Shown: positions 1 to 12,093, counted from the first letter of the stretch. The stretch: 64,000 nucleotides of DNA from Squalus acanthias (GCA_030390025.1 CM059432.1:29204001-29268000), one strand, 5' to 3'. The notes: a model not told the origin generated them from the letters alone. Translations and numbers: made by a program.

Positions 1-426
1 AAGGAAGCTGTTTTGAATGGCCAGTCGACTCGTGAAGCCTACCACCAATTAGAATTGATCACCCGAGGAGGAGTGTGTGTATGAAAGTCAGACATAGAGC
101 ATATATATTGCTGGGGAACTTTTTATGTACGTTTGACTTATTAAACTGTGGGCATATACATTGCCGGGGGTACTTTTATGTACAAAACTGTAGAGCATAT
201 AAATTGCTGGAGTAAACTGTGGGGATACACATTGTTGGGGGTACTTTCATGTATGCATGAATTAATAAACTGTGGGCATATACATTGCCAGGGTGCTTCT
301 ATGTACGCATGAATTAAAAAACTGTAGTGTGAATAAAGATCATTTTATTTATAACAAACTTATCTGTCATTGTTATGCTTATTTGTAATTCTCGAGGTCC
401 GAACGGTAGTAGGAGAAAGTCCTACA
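1..426 (+). mobile_element. 3' part of the 5' LTR of an endogenous retrovirus
   Basis: Ends ...GTCCTACA (CA at 425-426), 3 nt before a PBS. AATAAA at 332-337. Retroviral integrase remnants lie downstream. Confidence 0.7.
92..326. repeat. Imperfect tandem repeat (about 30-60 bp units) inside the LTR
   Basis: Recurring unit ACTGTGGGCATATACATTGCYGGGG-TACTTTTATGTAC, about 5 degenerate copies. Confidence 0.7.
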
Positions 427-429
427 GAT

Positions 430-447
430 TGGCGACCATGAAGGGAC
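430..447 (+). promoter_or_regulatory. Retroviral primer-binding site complementary to tRNA-Arg(CCG)
   Basis: TGGCGACCATGAAGGGAC matches TGGCGACCACGAAGGGAC (reverse complement of the vertebrate tRNA-Arg-CCG 3' end plus CCA, recalled from memory) at 17/18. The single difference is CpG-type. Confidence 0.8.
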
Positions 448-448
448 C

Positions 449-911
449 TTGAGTGAAAAAACATTTTTTATAACAATGGTGGATAAGCAAAGGCAAAATG
501 TGGAAGCAAAACAAGCAAAGGAATGGACAGAAGGTCCGTTAGGAAAGGAGGCATGGTATAAGGCGATATGTCTGTTACCCTATCAAAGGCAATCAGTGCA
601 AAATAAGAAAGTGGTAGAAGAACAAACTACAGAGATTGAACAACTGAAACGAAAGGCAAGCAGTGGTGAACTGTTTGCTAAAAGAGTTAAAGGAACGGAG
701 TGCTCGTGGGGACCACACTGAATGTAAACAGAATATAGAGCAGGAGAGAGAGTGGGAGATAAAGAGGGAAAACAATTTAAGTTACAACCTGAAAACTACA
801 CAAAGGAAGGAAAAAAACAGGGTTTTGGGAAGCAGAGAAAAGCTGCTGAGACGACGATTTAAGAGAAGGAAAAAAAGGAAACTTAAAGTTTCACCGACAC
901 AAAGCTATTAG
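449..911 (+). pseudogene. Possible decayed gag-region remnant
   Basis: Position directly after the PBS and two overlapping K/E-rich ORFs. No diagnostic motif recognised. Confidence 0.3.
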
Positions 912-1944
912 CGTCTGTGCTGAGACAAATAAAACATAAGGTTTGCTGTGTGAAAGGAACCTTAAAGGATGCTGGAATTTCAGTTTGTGTGAAAGTGTGT
1001 GTTAAAGTGTGGAAATTTTAAGTTACAGTATTCCTTCTGTCTGAAAGTCTGTTTTTGAAAGAAAGTGTCTGTTGTGTTTGTTTTAGTTCCACCCACTTTT
1101 CTGTGCCTGGAGCTAAAACCGTTTAACCCTTTGTTGGATGTTGGATGGTGAAATAAGGACAGAAGAAAAGGAAAGGTTCTGTCCCTTTTTGACTTTCAGT
1201 GTACTGATGTTTGAAAAAACGTGTATGAATGTTTCGAAGCTACAAGCTGAGGGAAGCTTCTCCCTTTCATTTCAAGTGGTACTGGTTAGTTAAAGATATT
1301 GGTTTGAATTGAATTGGAGTTATTGAGGTTAATTAACCTGTTTAAAACCAGACTTTTATTGTGGCCACGGTGAAATTCTGGTTGGTGTAAATTGTGTGAA
1401 AGCCTTTAGTTCCGGACATGAGGCAATCACATCAACAATTGGTATTCTTGAAATTTCTGACCAATTGCAAGTATGTCTGACCAGGAAAAAAAAAATGCTA
1501 TTGTGTCTGGAGTTGCTTTACAGAATGTTTATGATGTCTGATGTTTTTACCTGCTGAAATGAATTGATCTGGATCTTAACAAAAATTTTAAAGGCACAAA
1601 CATTTTGCAAAACTAATAACTGTTTTTTTTATTGACAAGTTATAAATGGTATCTGGGTTTGTCTTCTTTTGAAAACAAAAATTTAACTAACATTAAATTG
1701 TGAAAACCCAACTGTCTCGATCTGGAATTTTAATTTTTTTTTACGTGAAGTGACGCAATTGCGTGTGTCTGACAATTTGCTCCACCTTCTTACAAACTGG
1801 CAAAGGAGTTAACCCTTTCTGCTAACAGCTTTTTCTTTATTCACCACTCAATAACTTTTATTGATCAATGAAATGTAAAGATATTTGGCATTATTAAATT
1901 TAAGTGTTTTTAATTTTACTGGATGTTTCCCCACATTGACAGAA

Positions 1945-2254
1945 GGGCAACACAGTGGCATAGTGGTTAGCACTGTTGCCTCACAGCGCCAAAGACCCGG
2001 GTTCGAATCCGGCCTCGGGTGACTGTCTGTGTGGAGTTTGCACATTCTCCCCGTGTCTGCGTGGGTTTCCTCCGGGTGCTCCGGTTTCCTCCCACAGTCC
2101 AAAGATGTGCGGGTTAGGTTGATTTGGCTATGATAAATTGACCCTTAGTGTTAGGGGGATTAAATATGTGGGGTTACGGGGATAGGGTGGGATATGTGTC
2201 GGTGCAGGCTCGATGGGCCGAAATGGCCTCTATCTGCACTGTGGGGATTCTGTG
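1945..2254 (+). mobile_element. V-SINE (HE1-type, tRNA-derived)
   Basis: A-box TGGCATAGTGG, B-box GGTTCGAATCC, V-core GTGTGGAGTTTGCACATTCTCCCCGTGTCTGCGTGGGTTTCCTCCGGG, CR1-like tail. GAAGGG occurs at both junctions. Confidence 0.9.
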
Positions 2255-2367
2255 AAGGGAATCAGGAATTGATGAATTAACCCATTGGGCTCGTAGGAAA
2301 GCCACAATGGATTGTCTGTTATTTCCTTTTAAGCAGGGGCCCAGATGAGTGTTGATGGTGCAAGATT

Positions 2368-2660
2368 ACCAGGTGGGTAGAAGTCTTCCCGTGCAAGTCG
2401 GCCACTGCCTCATGGACGGCCAAGACCCTAGTTAAAGGGGTATTCTCCAGAAGGGGAATTCCTCGTGTGGTAGAGTCAAGTCAGGGAAGTCATTTTACAG
2501 GTCAGGTCATGCAGGCCACTCCGAAATTGCTAGGAATTGAAGGGAAATGGCATGTAGCCCATAACCCACAGTCATCTGGGATTGTAGAGAGAATGAACCG
2601 CACCTTGAAACTAGCCCTTAGAAAAGAATTGAATGAGCAGCATGTTAAATGGGATGAAGT
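2368..2660 (+). pseudogene. pol: Retroviral integrase core fragment
   Basis: Reads TRWVEVFPCKSATA...GIPRVVESSQGSHFTG...HNPQSSGIVERMNRTLK, the rve core motifs. Truncated by the adjacent Harbinger. Confidence 0.85.
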
Positions 2661-2662
2661 GC

Positions 2663-3603
2663 TTCTCTCTGGTCATGGGGAAGGAAATGTAGTCCCTTCT
2701 CCTTCTGTAGAGAGCATCTGTGACCTCTCGGATGCAGCAATGGACGGCGAACTGCGATATGTTAGATATGTCTCCTGTTGCACACTGGAAGGATCCGCTG
2801 GCATAGAAATTAAGGGCGACCATGACCTTGACTGCCACTGAAAGAGCCGTGCTCACCCTGGTCTGAGGCTCGAGGTCTGGCTGCAGGAGTTGGCAGAGCT
2901 CTGTGACCATATCCTTGGTGAAGCAGAGCCTTCTAAGACACTGGTCTTCAGTGAAATTGATGTAGGAGAACTGCTGCCGGAATACCCTGGGAGGATAAGC
3001 CCTATTGGCCCTCCTCCCTCTGGCCACATTTTGCAATCTTTCTCTCTGCCTCTGTTGCCTCCGATGTTGATGCTGGAGGGCGAGGTCCAGTGCCAGTACA
3101 GCCCCCATTAAAGTATGGAAATGTTGCACTTGGAAATCTCACCTAAATGAAAGTGAATAATTTTTTCTGAGGCAGAAGACTCCTTAAAGTGAAAAACGCT
3201 GAAATCGCTCAAAACACCTGTCTGCCTATGTCAAACTGACAAGGCAACATTCTTTGCCGAGTAAAAATAAACCGGATGTCGCCGCCTTTAAATACCGCTC
3301 CTCCAGCACTTATCCGACTGCATACCGCCTCCTCTACCTGCCGTTGTTGATGCCAGGCGCTCAGGCAGGGGGCATGAGCCAATATCAGATCCGGGGTGGT
3401 AACGGGGGCGCTGCGCACCTGATGACGTCACGATATATAGGGCGCAACAGAACAAGAGTAAGTGTTAGTGCCAGCAAAGAACAGCCAGGGAAGTTCGCGG
3501 GCGTTGCTGATTTTGCCGCGCCCGGTCGGTAACCCCTTAGCGCCCCGTTACCGCCCCCCCGCAGGCGCTAATGGGAGGTGCAAAGCAGCCAAATTTCTAG
3601 CCC
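2663..3603 (-). mobile_element. PIF/Harbinger transposon fragment: one terminus plus transposase N-terminus (2663-3129)
   Basis: Contains VALNFYASGSFQ...GDISNISQFAVHCCIREVTDAL, typical of Harbinger/HARBI1-like transposases. Terminus GGGCTAGAAATT at 3603 resembles other TIRs in the window. Confidence 0.85.
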
Positions 3604-3807
3604 ATAATAAAAATATTAAAATAGAAGCTCATGAAAGGTAAGGCATCACTTGTGGCAGCTTCTGGAGCTTGTATTGAATAAAAGAGGACATTTAAGAATC
3701 AATGAAGGCACAAATGAAAATAGAATATTGCGCTTTCTGGTTCATTCTCATTTAGGCTTTTTTATGAACTGCTCATTTATCTATGATCTTCCTCTCTGTA
3801 CATATTA

Positions 3808-4130
3808 CATAGAATGAAATAGAATAGACAGCACAGAAACAAGCCATTCAGCCCAACTAGTCGGTGCTGGTGATAACATTCCACACGAGTTCTTCCCATT
3901 TCATCTGTCTTATCTCAGCCTTTCAGCATATCTTTCCATTCCCTTTTATCTCATGTACTTGTCTAGTTTCCTTTTGAAAGCATCTAAGCTATTTGCCTCA
4001 ACCACTTCCTGTGATAGTGAGTTCTACTTTCTGAGTAAAGAAATTTCTCCTTATTTCCCCATTGGATATATTAGTAACTATCTTGTAGTTATGGCCCCTA
4101 GTTTCGGATTCTCCCATAAGTGGAAAGTTA
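3808..4130 (-). mobile_element. CR1 3' fragment
   Basis: ATTCT-type tail; ETRGH...RRNFFTQ motif. Confidence 0.6.
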
Positions 4131-4239
4131 ACACATGTTAAGTGCTGTATGTAGTCATTAGTTGCAATAGCAACAAAACAGGAAACGGCTATTAGGCCCA
4201 CCAAGCCTTTTGATTGTTCTCAATCACATCTACCTACCC

Positions 4240-4915
4240 TAGAATAGAATCATAGAATAGTACAGCACAGAAGGATGTCATGCGGCCCATCGAGTCTGCG
4301 CCGACTCTTTGGAAGAGCAATCCAGTTAGTCCCACTATCCCGCTCTTTCCCCATATCCCTGCAATTTTTTCTCCTTCAAATATTTATCTGATTCCCTTTT
4401 GAAAGCTACTATTGAATCTGTACCCACCACCTTATCAAGCAGTGCATTCCAAATCCTAACCACTCGTTGCATAAAAAAGTTTTTCCTCATGTCGCCTCTG
4501 GGTCTTTTGCCAATCACCTTAAATCTATATCGTCTGGCTATCGACCCTTCAGCCATTAGAAGCAGTTTCTCTTTATTTACTGTATATAAACCCCTCATGA
4601 TTTTAAACACCTCTATCAAATCTCCTCTTAGCTTCTCTGCTCTAAGGAGAACAACTCCAACTTCTCCTGTCTATCCACGTAACTGTAATCTCTCATCCCT
4701 GGAACCATTCTAGTAAATCTCTACTTTCTATCCCTTAGCCAATTTTGTACCCATGCTGTTACTGCCCCTTTTATACCATGGGCTTCAGTTTTGCTAACAA
4801 GCCTAATATGTGGTACTTTATCACACGCCTTTTGAAAGTCTATATACACAACATTACTGTCCTCATCCACCCTCTCTGTTACCTCATCTAAAAACTCAAT
4901 TAAGTTAATCAAACC
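4240..4915 (-). mobile_element. CR1 LINE 3' fragment with internal deletion
   Basis: ORFs VYIDFQKACDKVPH and RKNFFMQRVVRIWNAL; (ATTCT)n tail. Confidence 0.85.
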
Positions 4916-4929
4916 CTCTTACCACATCT

Positions 4930-5375
4930 CTCAGTCGCTTCCCTCCCAAAACACATTGAATGGACTCTTGAACCCATTTATATTGTCCATTTCCCTAGTA
5001 CCTTCCCTAGTAACTTAATACAATCCTTGTGTAAGAAAGGTTTTGCCCATCTTCTATCTTCTTTTACCTAATTTTTAACTTGTCTTCCTCCTTACAAACC
5101 TCAATTAGATTGACTCAAAGTTTATTATCCAAAGAAAACAAGCTCAACTTCCTTAACCTTCCCACATAATGTAAATTCCAGATACCTGAAATGATTTTCA
5201 TTGCCCTCTCTGTCCTCTCCCCTCCTCTCTAGGCAATAATATATCTTGTATTGATTTGATGGCCAGAACTGCGCACAGTACTGCACATGGGGTCTGACCA
5301 ATGTCTTATAGAGCAGCCGTATAACCTCTTTGGATGTGTTTTCTCTGGTACTAAAACAGTGAATTAACATACTGT
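4930..5375 (-). mobile_element. Old CR1 fragment
   Basis: LYKTLVRPHVQYCAQFW motif. Confidence 0.6.
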
Positions 5376-5739
5376 CCTTTCATCCTTGGAATCTGTATTT
5401 GAACCTATGTCTGAATAACAGTGTAAATTGGAAAATAATCTGTTCTTATTCCTTCTATAACCTTTGTACATTCTTAAATATGTTCAATCCATTGTCTCAA
5501 AGTTAACTGATCTTGGTTGGGATGCTGCAATTGGCCATAGTGTCTAGAGAGGGCTAACCTTCTTGATGACTATGCAGTAAGCCCTGCTACAAAGTGTGGA
5601 CAGGATTAGTCTCTCAGGATTGAAGTAATGGAAATTAAAATTGGAAAAGATGTATAACTGGCCTCTCATATGACATTGCCAGCTTTACGCTATGGCCCCA
5701 AGTGAAAATTACCCTCACTGGTTCTATTTTTCAACTTCA

Positions 5740-6240
5740 ACAACTTGCAATTATATAGCACTTTTAATGTGGCAAAATGTCACAACTGGTTTGATGGACC
5801 CAAGAAGGAATAGTAATGGGACTAGCAGAGATAGGCAAAAGGGTAGGCTTTGAGGAGGACTTTGAAGATGGGGAGAGAAGTAGTAAGATGGAGGGATTTA
5901 GGAAGGGATTTCCCAGAGGGTGTGGGCAAGATGGTGAAGGCTGATGATTCCACCGATGAGTGGAGTGAGAGAGACTGTGTAGAGTTAGAAGGAAGGGGGA
6001 GGGCCATGGAAGGATTTAAAGATGAGGACGAGGATGTTCAAATTGATTTACAGGAGGACGGGGAGTCAATGGAGGTCAGCAAAGACAGAAGTGAAAGTTG
6101 AATGCTGGATAGGATGTGGCTGGTACAGCTCTGGTCGAGTTGGGTTTATGTAGGATTAAGCTTGGATCCCAGCAAAAAGAATGTTGGAAAAGTCAAGTCT
6201 AGAGGTGATAAACATGAATGAGAGTTTCAGCAGCAGTGGG
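5740..6240 (-). mobile_element. Old L2 LINE 3' fragment
   Basis: SLPKSLHLTTSLPIFKVLLKAY and ITSRLDFSNIL motifs; tail like that at 13869. Confidence 0.6.
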
Positions 6241-7689
6241 TGATACCACTTCTTCCCCCATTCATCACTGTCTTTTTTTTGGATCTTGCTGTGTGCAAAC
6301 TCTTTCTTCGCTCCAGCCCAGGAGCAATGAGGCCAATTGTAGCATTCCAGGCTGAGATCAGCTGACAGCACAGACCAGGGACCTACCTAATCTGTATGGC
6401 TCAATTCTACTCTGAGTTTAGCGCCAGCACAAAGTGATTTTGGTCTTGGACCAATGGTAACTTGACAGTGTAAGACCAGATTCAGGGCACAACCTGACTC
6501 CAGAGCAAAGTGGAGAGTCTCTGGAGACAGTAGTCTTACAGCACTTTGGTTCGACACCATGTTTGACACCTCCAGTGAGGTGTCAAACCTGTTTTACAAA
6601 ATGCTCATGGGGTTTGTTGCACTAGCTGGATACTTGTTAAACATACCTAAGCTCAATTTAAATGCTTTCAGAGCAGGCATTCAAACCTTCCCGCATGCAA
6701 AATATTGACATAAATAGCATAGAAATTACAGCAGTCTCATCAGCCTATGCCCCAAGAATTCTTAATTCGGCTCTGCACAGGGCATGAGTCCACTGCTAGA
6801 AGTGGCACTGATTTTGAATGATATTAGCAATATAACCAGAGAGGTCAGAAAATGGCTGGTGCGAGAAATGGAAATGTCATACTGATGCAGTAGGGGGTGC
6901 TCGACTGAATACTGGGGGAAGAGCTACCTCTCCATTTAACGATGTTCTATACCTGACTAGAGAGTACTTGATGATGACACCAGTTGCTGGAAATGGGGAG
7001 AATGTCCCTTTCCCAGAGCTAATCTCCGTTGCCTTTGCTGAGCAGAAAACCTCACCAGCATTTTGGGGAGAGTAAATAGAGAATGGGAGGGGGAAATGGA
7101 CTGCTGCAGTCTCAATAGGAATGGGCTGTGTCTGACCTGTGAGGTATCCATCACTCAGCTCTGTGATTTGTAATGGATCGTAAAGTGTCTTCCTCTGATG
7201 CTCAGAATCCTGCCACTTATTAAACCTCATCAAAACCCAACCAGCTGCCACTAATCTTTTCTGCTTGAAGGCTTTCTGAAAGGGTAAATGAGCTGCCAAA
7301 CTTGGATAATGGAATTGTAATTGCCAATTAAAACCTGTGCTGTTAATTGTGTTGGTTGATCATTTGAATGCACTGTCTTGCTCTTTGTTTTTGCAATTGA
7401 TTCATAACATAAGCAGTGAGCAGACAAATTGAGGAAAACGATCCATTGATATTCACGGAGAGAGAAACAAATAACAAAAACATTTGAGCAAGGCACGGCT
7501 TGTGGAACTCATGCATGGTGCATGTATGGGCTGCCGATAATTCCATCATAAAACTTTACTTCCCTAGATATCTTTTTCTTTGTCCACCCCACACGCTCCA
7601 TCTTATTCAGCGAAGAGACCGGGATGGGGGAGGTAAACCGTCTCTATGAATTGGCTCTTAGCTAACCTACTAGGTCGCACATTTCAGCA

Positions 7690-7895
7690 ACACAGGATGG
7701 CATCGTTCCCTCAATCTTAAATATGCCATCCTACTTGCTCTTCCCATGGCAAGAGCGGATTGCTCTCTGGCACCCTAGCCAACAACATCCCTCCCTTGAC
7801 CAACACCACCAAAGAGAGCAGGTTAACTGGCCATCCATCTCATTGCTGTTTATGGGACCTTAATGGTGCAGAATTGCTGTGGTGTTTGCCTAAAT
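7690..7895 (+). mobile_element. Degenerate Deu-domain SINE remnant
   Basis: CATCTCATTGCTGTTTATGGGACCTT resembles the DeuSINE body at 9871-10340. Confidence 0.4.
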
Positions 7896-8086
7896 GAGGA
7901 GTGTCCTCATGCCACTTGCAGCCTCTCAGTCCTGGAAATCCAGCCCTCAAAGTCCACTTACACACATATTTCTTGTTTATTGGTCTGTCCTGTTTAAATT
8001 CTGGAGGATTGGAATGGGCTGTTCTTATCACTGTTGCCTCATTGCTGGATAAATCCTAAATCAGAACATCAAGATCTATTAATAGA

Positions 8087-8315
8087 TACATAGGAACATT
8101 AGGAACCGGAGTAGTCCAGTCAGCCCCTCAAGCCTGCTCCGCCTTTCAATTAGTTCACGGCTGATCTGCACCTCAACTCCATTTACCTGCCTTTGCTCCA
8201 TATCTCATCATACCCTTACCTAACAAAAATCTTTCTATCGCAGTCTTGAAAGCTCCAATTGTCCCAGCATCCATAGCCTTTTTAGGGGAGAAAGTTCCAT
8301 ATTTTTACAACCCTT
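8087..8315 (-). mobile_element. CR1 3' end
   Basis: ACATAGGAAC tail and 3' UTR similar to other CR1 copies. Confidence 0.7.
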
Positions 8316-9870
8316 CCTCCAGGCCCAACAAGCTTACCTCTGTACCCTCGCCCCGTGATCTCCGACTCCCACCCCACGATCTCCGACCACCCCACCCCGA
8401 TCTCCGCCCCCCCCCGTGATCTGCGACCCCCCGCCCCCGTGATACTTGACCGCCCCACCCACCCCAATCTCCGACTCCTCCCACTTACCTGTCATCCGCT
8501 CCTCGGCTGCTTTCCGCCTGACAAGCAGCTGTCGGGCAGTAAACCTACTGAAAATATTTAAAAGACACCCTGCAATTAAATCCTGCAGGATGTCCGGGAA
8601 ACCATTAATTCCAGGTTTCCCGTCTGGAAATCCTCCCCTACCCCACACCACCCCCGCTCTCTTCACGGCCACGAGTAAACATCGGGGCCTATGTGTTGGA
8701 TTTACTACTGGCGCTACCCCTGCTCTCCAGTCTTCGGGTGGAACAGCAGCATGGTCTCCTGCCACTTGGCATTTTGTGTCCTACCAGAAGTGACTTGGTA
8801 TATAGACTATACACATCCTAATTCGGCCAAGTGTATATTAAGAGGTGCAAATGATGGGAATATGTCTACAATGTATTTCCAATCATTTGTACCATAGTGA
8901 TGCTGGGCATTAGGAATACCATACCCTCCTGATGTAAAGTATTGTTATGGTGTGCTTGGAAAGTGGGGGAGAGTAAGTGGATTTAAAGTTTGAATATATC
9001 AAAGGGAGTTCAATTGATTCGGGAGGCATCGATTCAACTCCCTGACCTATTGCTTTTTTTTAGCAATTCTTCAGTTACCACAGAGGCGGCCCAGCCTACT
9101 GTGCCAAAGCAGACAGCCGAGGACCTGCTGCAGCAACTTTCCTCCATGCTCCCTCGAGGCAGGACGGAGGCAGGAATTCTGCTGGGAGGCTCCTACAAAT
9201 ATATAAATTTGCTTGATTCCGGAAAATTGGCTGGAGTTAAGAGTACAACCAAGTTTCTGCCAGGATACTGCCTATTTGTGGCCTTCGAGGCGCCAATATA
9301 TGCATCCTCCGACCTATATAATAATAGTCACTGCACTTCAAAAATAACATTGTGTGAATGGCTTTGAGGCATTTCGACAACTTGAAGAGGCCCTGTAGAG
9401 ATGCAAATATTAGTATTTAATACTTTCCACTCATTGACATACACAACAGAACGGAGCTCCTCTAATCTATTTTTTTGATTGCACCAATATGTTTAATTTA
9501 CAATTACTCAATAGCCCCTCACAGTCACTTGGCATTCTGTGAATAAAATGCTAATAAAACAAATGTAATTCAATAGGAAGTTGAATAGAATAATGCACAC
9601 AATTATGGCTGGTCGGGAGTGAGTAATAAGGCTGTAATTTACTCAAGAGTTTCTGATCACATTGCAAACAGCTTATGATTAGTACTTGAACACATAACAG
9701 AAATTACTTGCTTTCCTCACAGATTTTGTTTATTCATAATATGTCTTTTAATTCCCCTTTATTTCCTCCCCTCATCTCCTGACTATTGCTGGGGATTTGG
9801 TTGCTACAGCCCTCTGGCATCCTTCCAAGTCCTCGAGTGCCTGTCCCACAGGTGTGGTTTCTCAGATGTG

Positions 9871-10340
9871 TCAGCCTTGGCTCAGTGGTAGGACTCATGC
9901 CTCTGAGTCAGAAGGTTGTGTGTTCATAGTCCCACTCCAGGGAGTTGAGTGCATAATCTAGGCTGACACTTCAGTGCCGTACTGAGGGAGTGCTGCATTG
10001 TCAAAGGTGTTGTCTTTTGGATGAGACATTAAACTTGGATGAAACGTTGCCCTGTCTGCCCTCTTAAGTGGATGTAAAAGATCCCATGGCACTATTCGAG
10101 GAAGAATGGGGAGTTCTCCCAGTTGTCCTGGCCAATATTTATCCCTCACAAACATCACTAAAACAGATTATCTGCTTATTATTCTTTTGCTGTTTAAGGG
10201 ACCTTGATGTGCGCAAATTGGCTGTCGTGTTTCCTACGTTACAACAGTGAATACACTTCAAAAGTACGTCATTAACTGTAAAGCACTTTGGGACGCCCTG
10301 AGGTTATGAAAGGTGTTATATAAATGCCAGTCTTTCTTTT
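9871..10340 (+). mobile_element. DeuSINE (SacSINE1-like)
   Basis: tRNA-like head TGGCTCAGTGG...GAAGGTTGTG, Deu-domain body, L2-like tail TATATAAATGC..TCTTTCTTT. Several homologous copies in the window. Confidence 0.85.
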
Positions 10341-11003
10341 TTAAATAGTGACCAGGCCCTGAATTTCCTTCTCTGCTGCAATAGTAGATACCTCGGCAGA
10401 GTGGGTATTCTGCCTGCCCATTATTATGAGCCTGTAAGTGCCCACGGAGAAAGACCCATTCCCTGAATTCTGATCCATGGTGGGAATTTAATACACTAAT
10501 CCCAAAAGCAGGTGAGAAACAAGCATTAAAACATCAGCGAATGAGAAAAAGTGGAGCTTTGTTATTCATTAACCTTTAGTTTATTAAACGGTCATAACTG
10601 CTATGAGAAAGAATGGCTGGTAACCCTTTTGTTTATTTGCATTTAAATGCACAGCACAATGCAAACTGCATCAAAATGTTGGATCAGGCCACTTGCACGA
10701 GGTTTAGTTGTGACAAAACCTAACGCGTGGCTGCTTTTTTTCTCCATTCCGAAATTTAAAAGTGATCCCCACTAAATGCCCGTCACTACGTGTATCCAGT
10801 TTCACTGCAGTTGAAGTTTCTTTAATATGTTGATGCAAGAACTGATGTCTTAACAGTTTAATTTGAGTCCCTGCATTTTCACAAATCTCCTTCAGCGATT
10901 CTATTAGGAAGTGGAGTACTAATCAGCCAGTGGAATCAATTAGATAAAATAACACTGTGAAAACTATGGAGCTTCTCCTTAATCAACAACAATAAGAGAA
11001 TAA

Positions 11004-11104
11004 TAACATCACAGTGTTATGTGAGAAAAGATGTCATCACAGGGCTACACAAGAACAGATGACATCGCAGTGTTACAAAAAAAAGATGACATAACAGTGT
11101 TGCA
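11004..11104. repeat. Minisatellite, about 27-bp unit x4
   Basis: Units approximating GATGACATCACAGTGTTAC(A)n. Confidence 0.65.
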
Positions 11105-11342
11105 ACAACAACAACTTGCATTTATCAAGACTCTCAGTGAAGGGTACACACCTGAAACATGCTGTGCATTTTCTGTACTTATTTAAGATTTCCAGCATTT
11201 ACAGTTGCTCCTTTATATTTGATTTATTTAATTGAAGTTACCTAGGTTTATGGACAAAGGTCCATTGTGTAGAACACCAACAAGGTTGAAAAGAATAGAA
11301 GATAATACAAGGTAGGGCAAGATATAGGTTTTAAAAGCCTAT

Positions 11343-12093
11343 GGGGGAGAAATTCCCCTCAAGCCCCGTTTGGGGCGCTAAATCAGAAAAACTGGAAAAG
11401 TTAGCGCCAGGCGCTAACCTCTTCCAGCCTCTCTAAAATTCCCATTTTTTGCTCCAAGAGGGAAGTGGAGCGTTAAATCAAGCGCTCCACTTCCTTCTTG
11501 GAGCGCAAGAGGGGGGGAGGTTCATGACCCGGGGCGCACCTGGGGTGATGTGCTCAGCAGCGCCACATGTGGCCAAGCGTGGCGCTGCCACGTTGCAGGG
11601 ACTCTACCCTGAATTAAAGGGAAGGGCCCCACGCTGTGAACTCTGCAGATTTTTTTTAACTTACCTAGACCACCGGGGAGCGGGGGTGCCGCGCGATTAG
11701 CCGGCACTCAAGCAGAGTGCGGGGCTGACCGGCGAAAAAAAAAAGGTTTTAAAAAATCGGACTTTTTTTCAGGGCGGGCGGCCGGCCACCTCACCTTTAA
11801 CTTCTCGCCCCGCTAGCGGCCGGCCGCCCTGCTCGCGTCCCCTGCAGCAGCCGCTACCATCGTCCGGCGCTGCTGCAGGGGGCGAAGGGGAATTTTTGTG
11901 CCGGGGCGCTACCAGGGCGATGCGCCGGGAAATGACGTCACGATCTCTGGGCGCATGAGATCGGGGCGCAACCCGGTAGTGCGGCCTCTAACCTCCCGTG
12001 GAATTTGGCGGGAGGTGCGGTCAGCAAAAAGAAGGTCTTTGCGCCCCATTAGTGCCCCCCACGGGAGGCGCAAAGGAGGGGAATTTCTCCCCC
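11343..12093. mobile_element. Harbinger-type MITE
   Basis: Perfect 18-bp TIR GGGGGAGAAATTCCCCTC, TSD TAT/TAT, CpG-rich. Confidence 0.9.

Noticed and set aside
1945..2020. tRNA gene
   Set aside because: The A and B boxes belong to a SINE head that continues into the V-core and tail.
2467..2841. 124-aa ORF as a novel integrase fusion
   Set aside because: The frame simply runs from the integrase into the antisense strand of the Harbinger transposase at about 2661.
2611..3129. Host HARBI1 gene
   Set aside because: It is truncated, lies next to a transposon terminus and lacks the catalytic region, so it is a transposon remnant.
6891..6903. CTCF-like motifs (GCAGTAGGGGGTGC here; CCACTAGAAGGTGC near 13061)
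   Set aside because: These are imperfect short matches expected by chance in 64 kb, with no supporting evidence.
11004..11104. CRISPR-like repeat array (also considered for 92-326)
   Set aside because: The units are degenerate tandem repeats without unique spacers, in vertebrate DNA with no cas genes.
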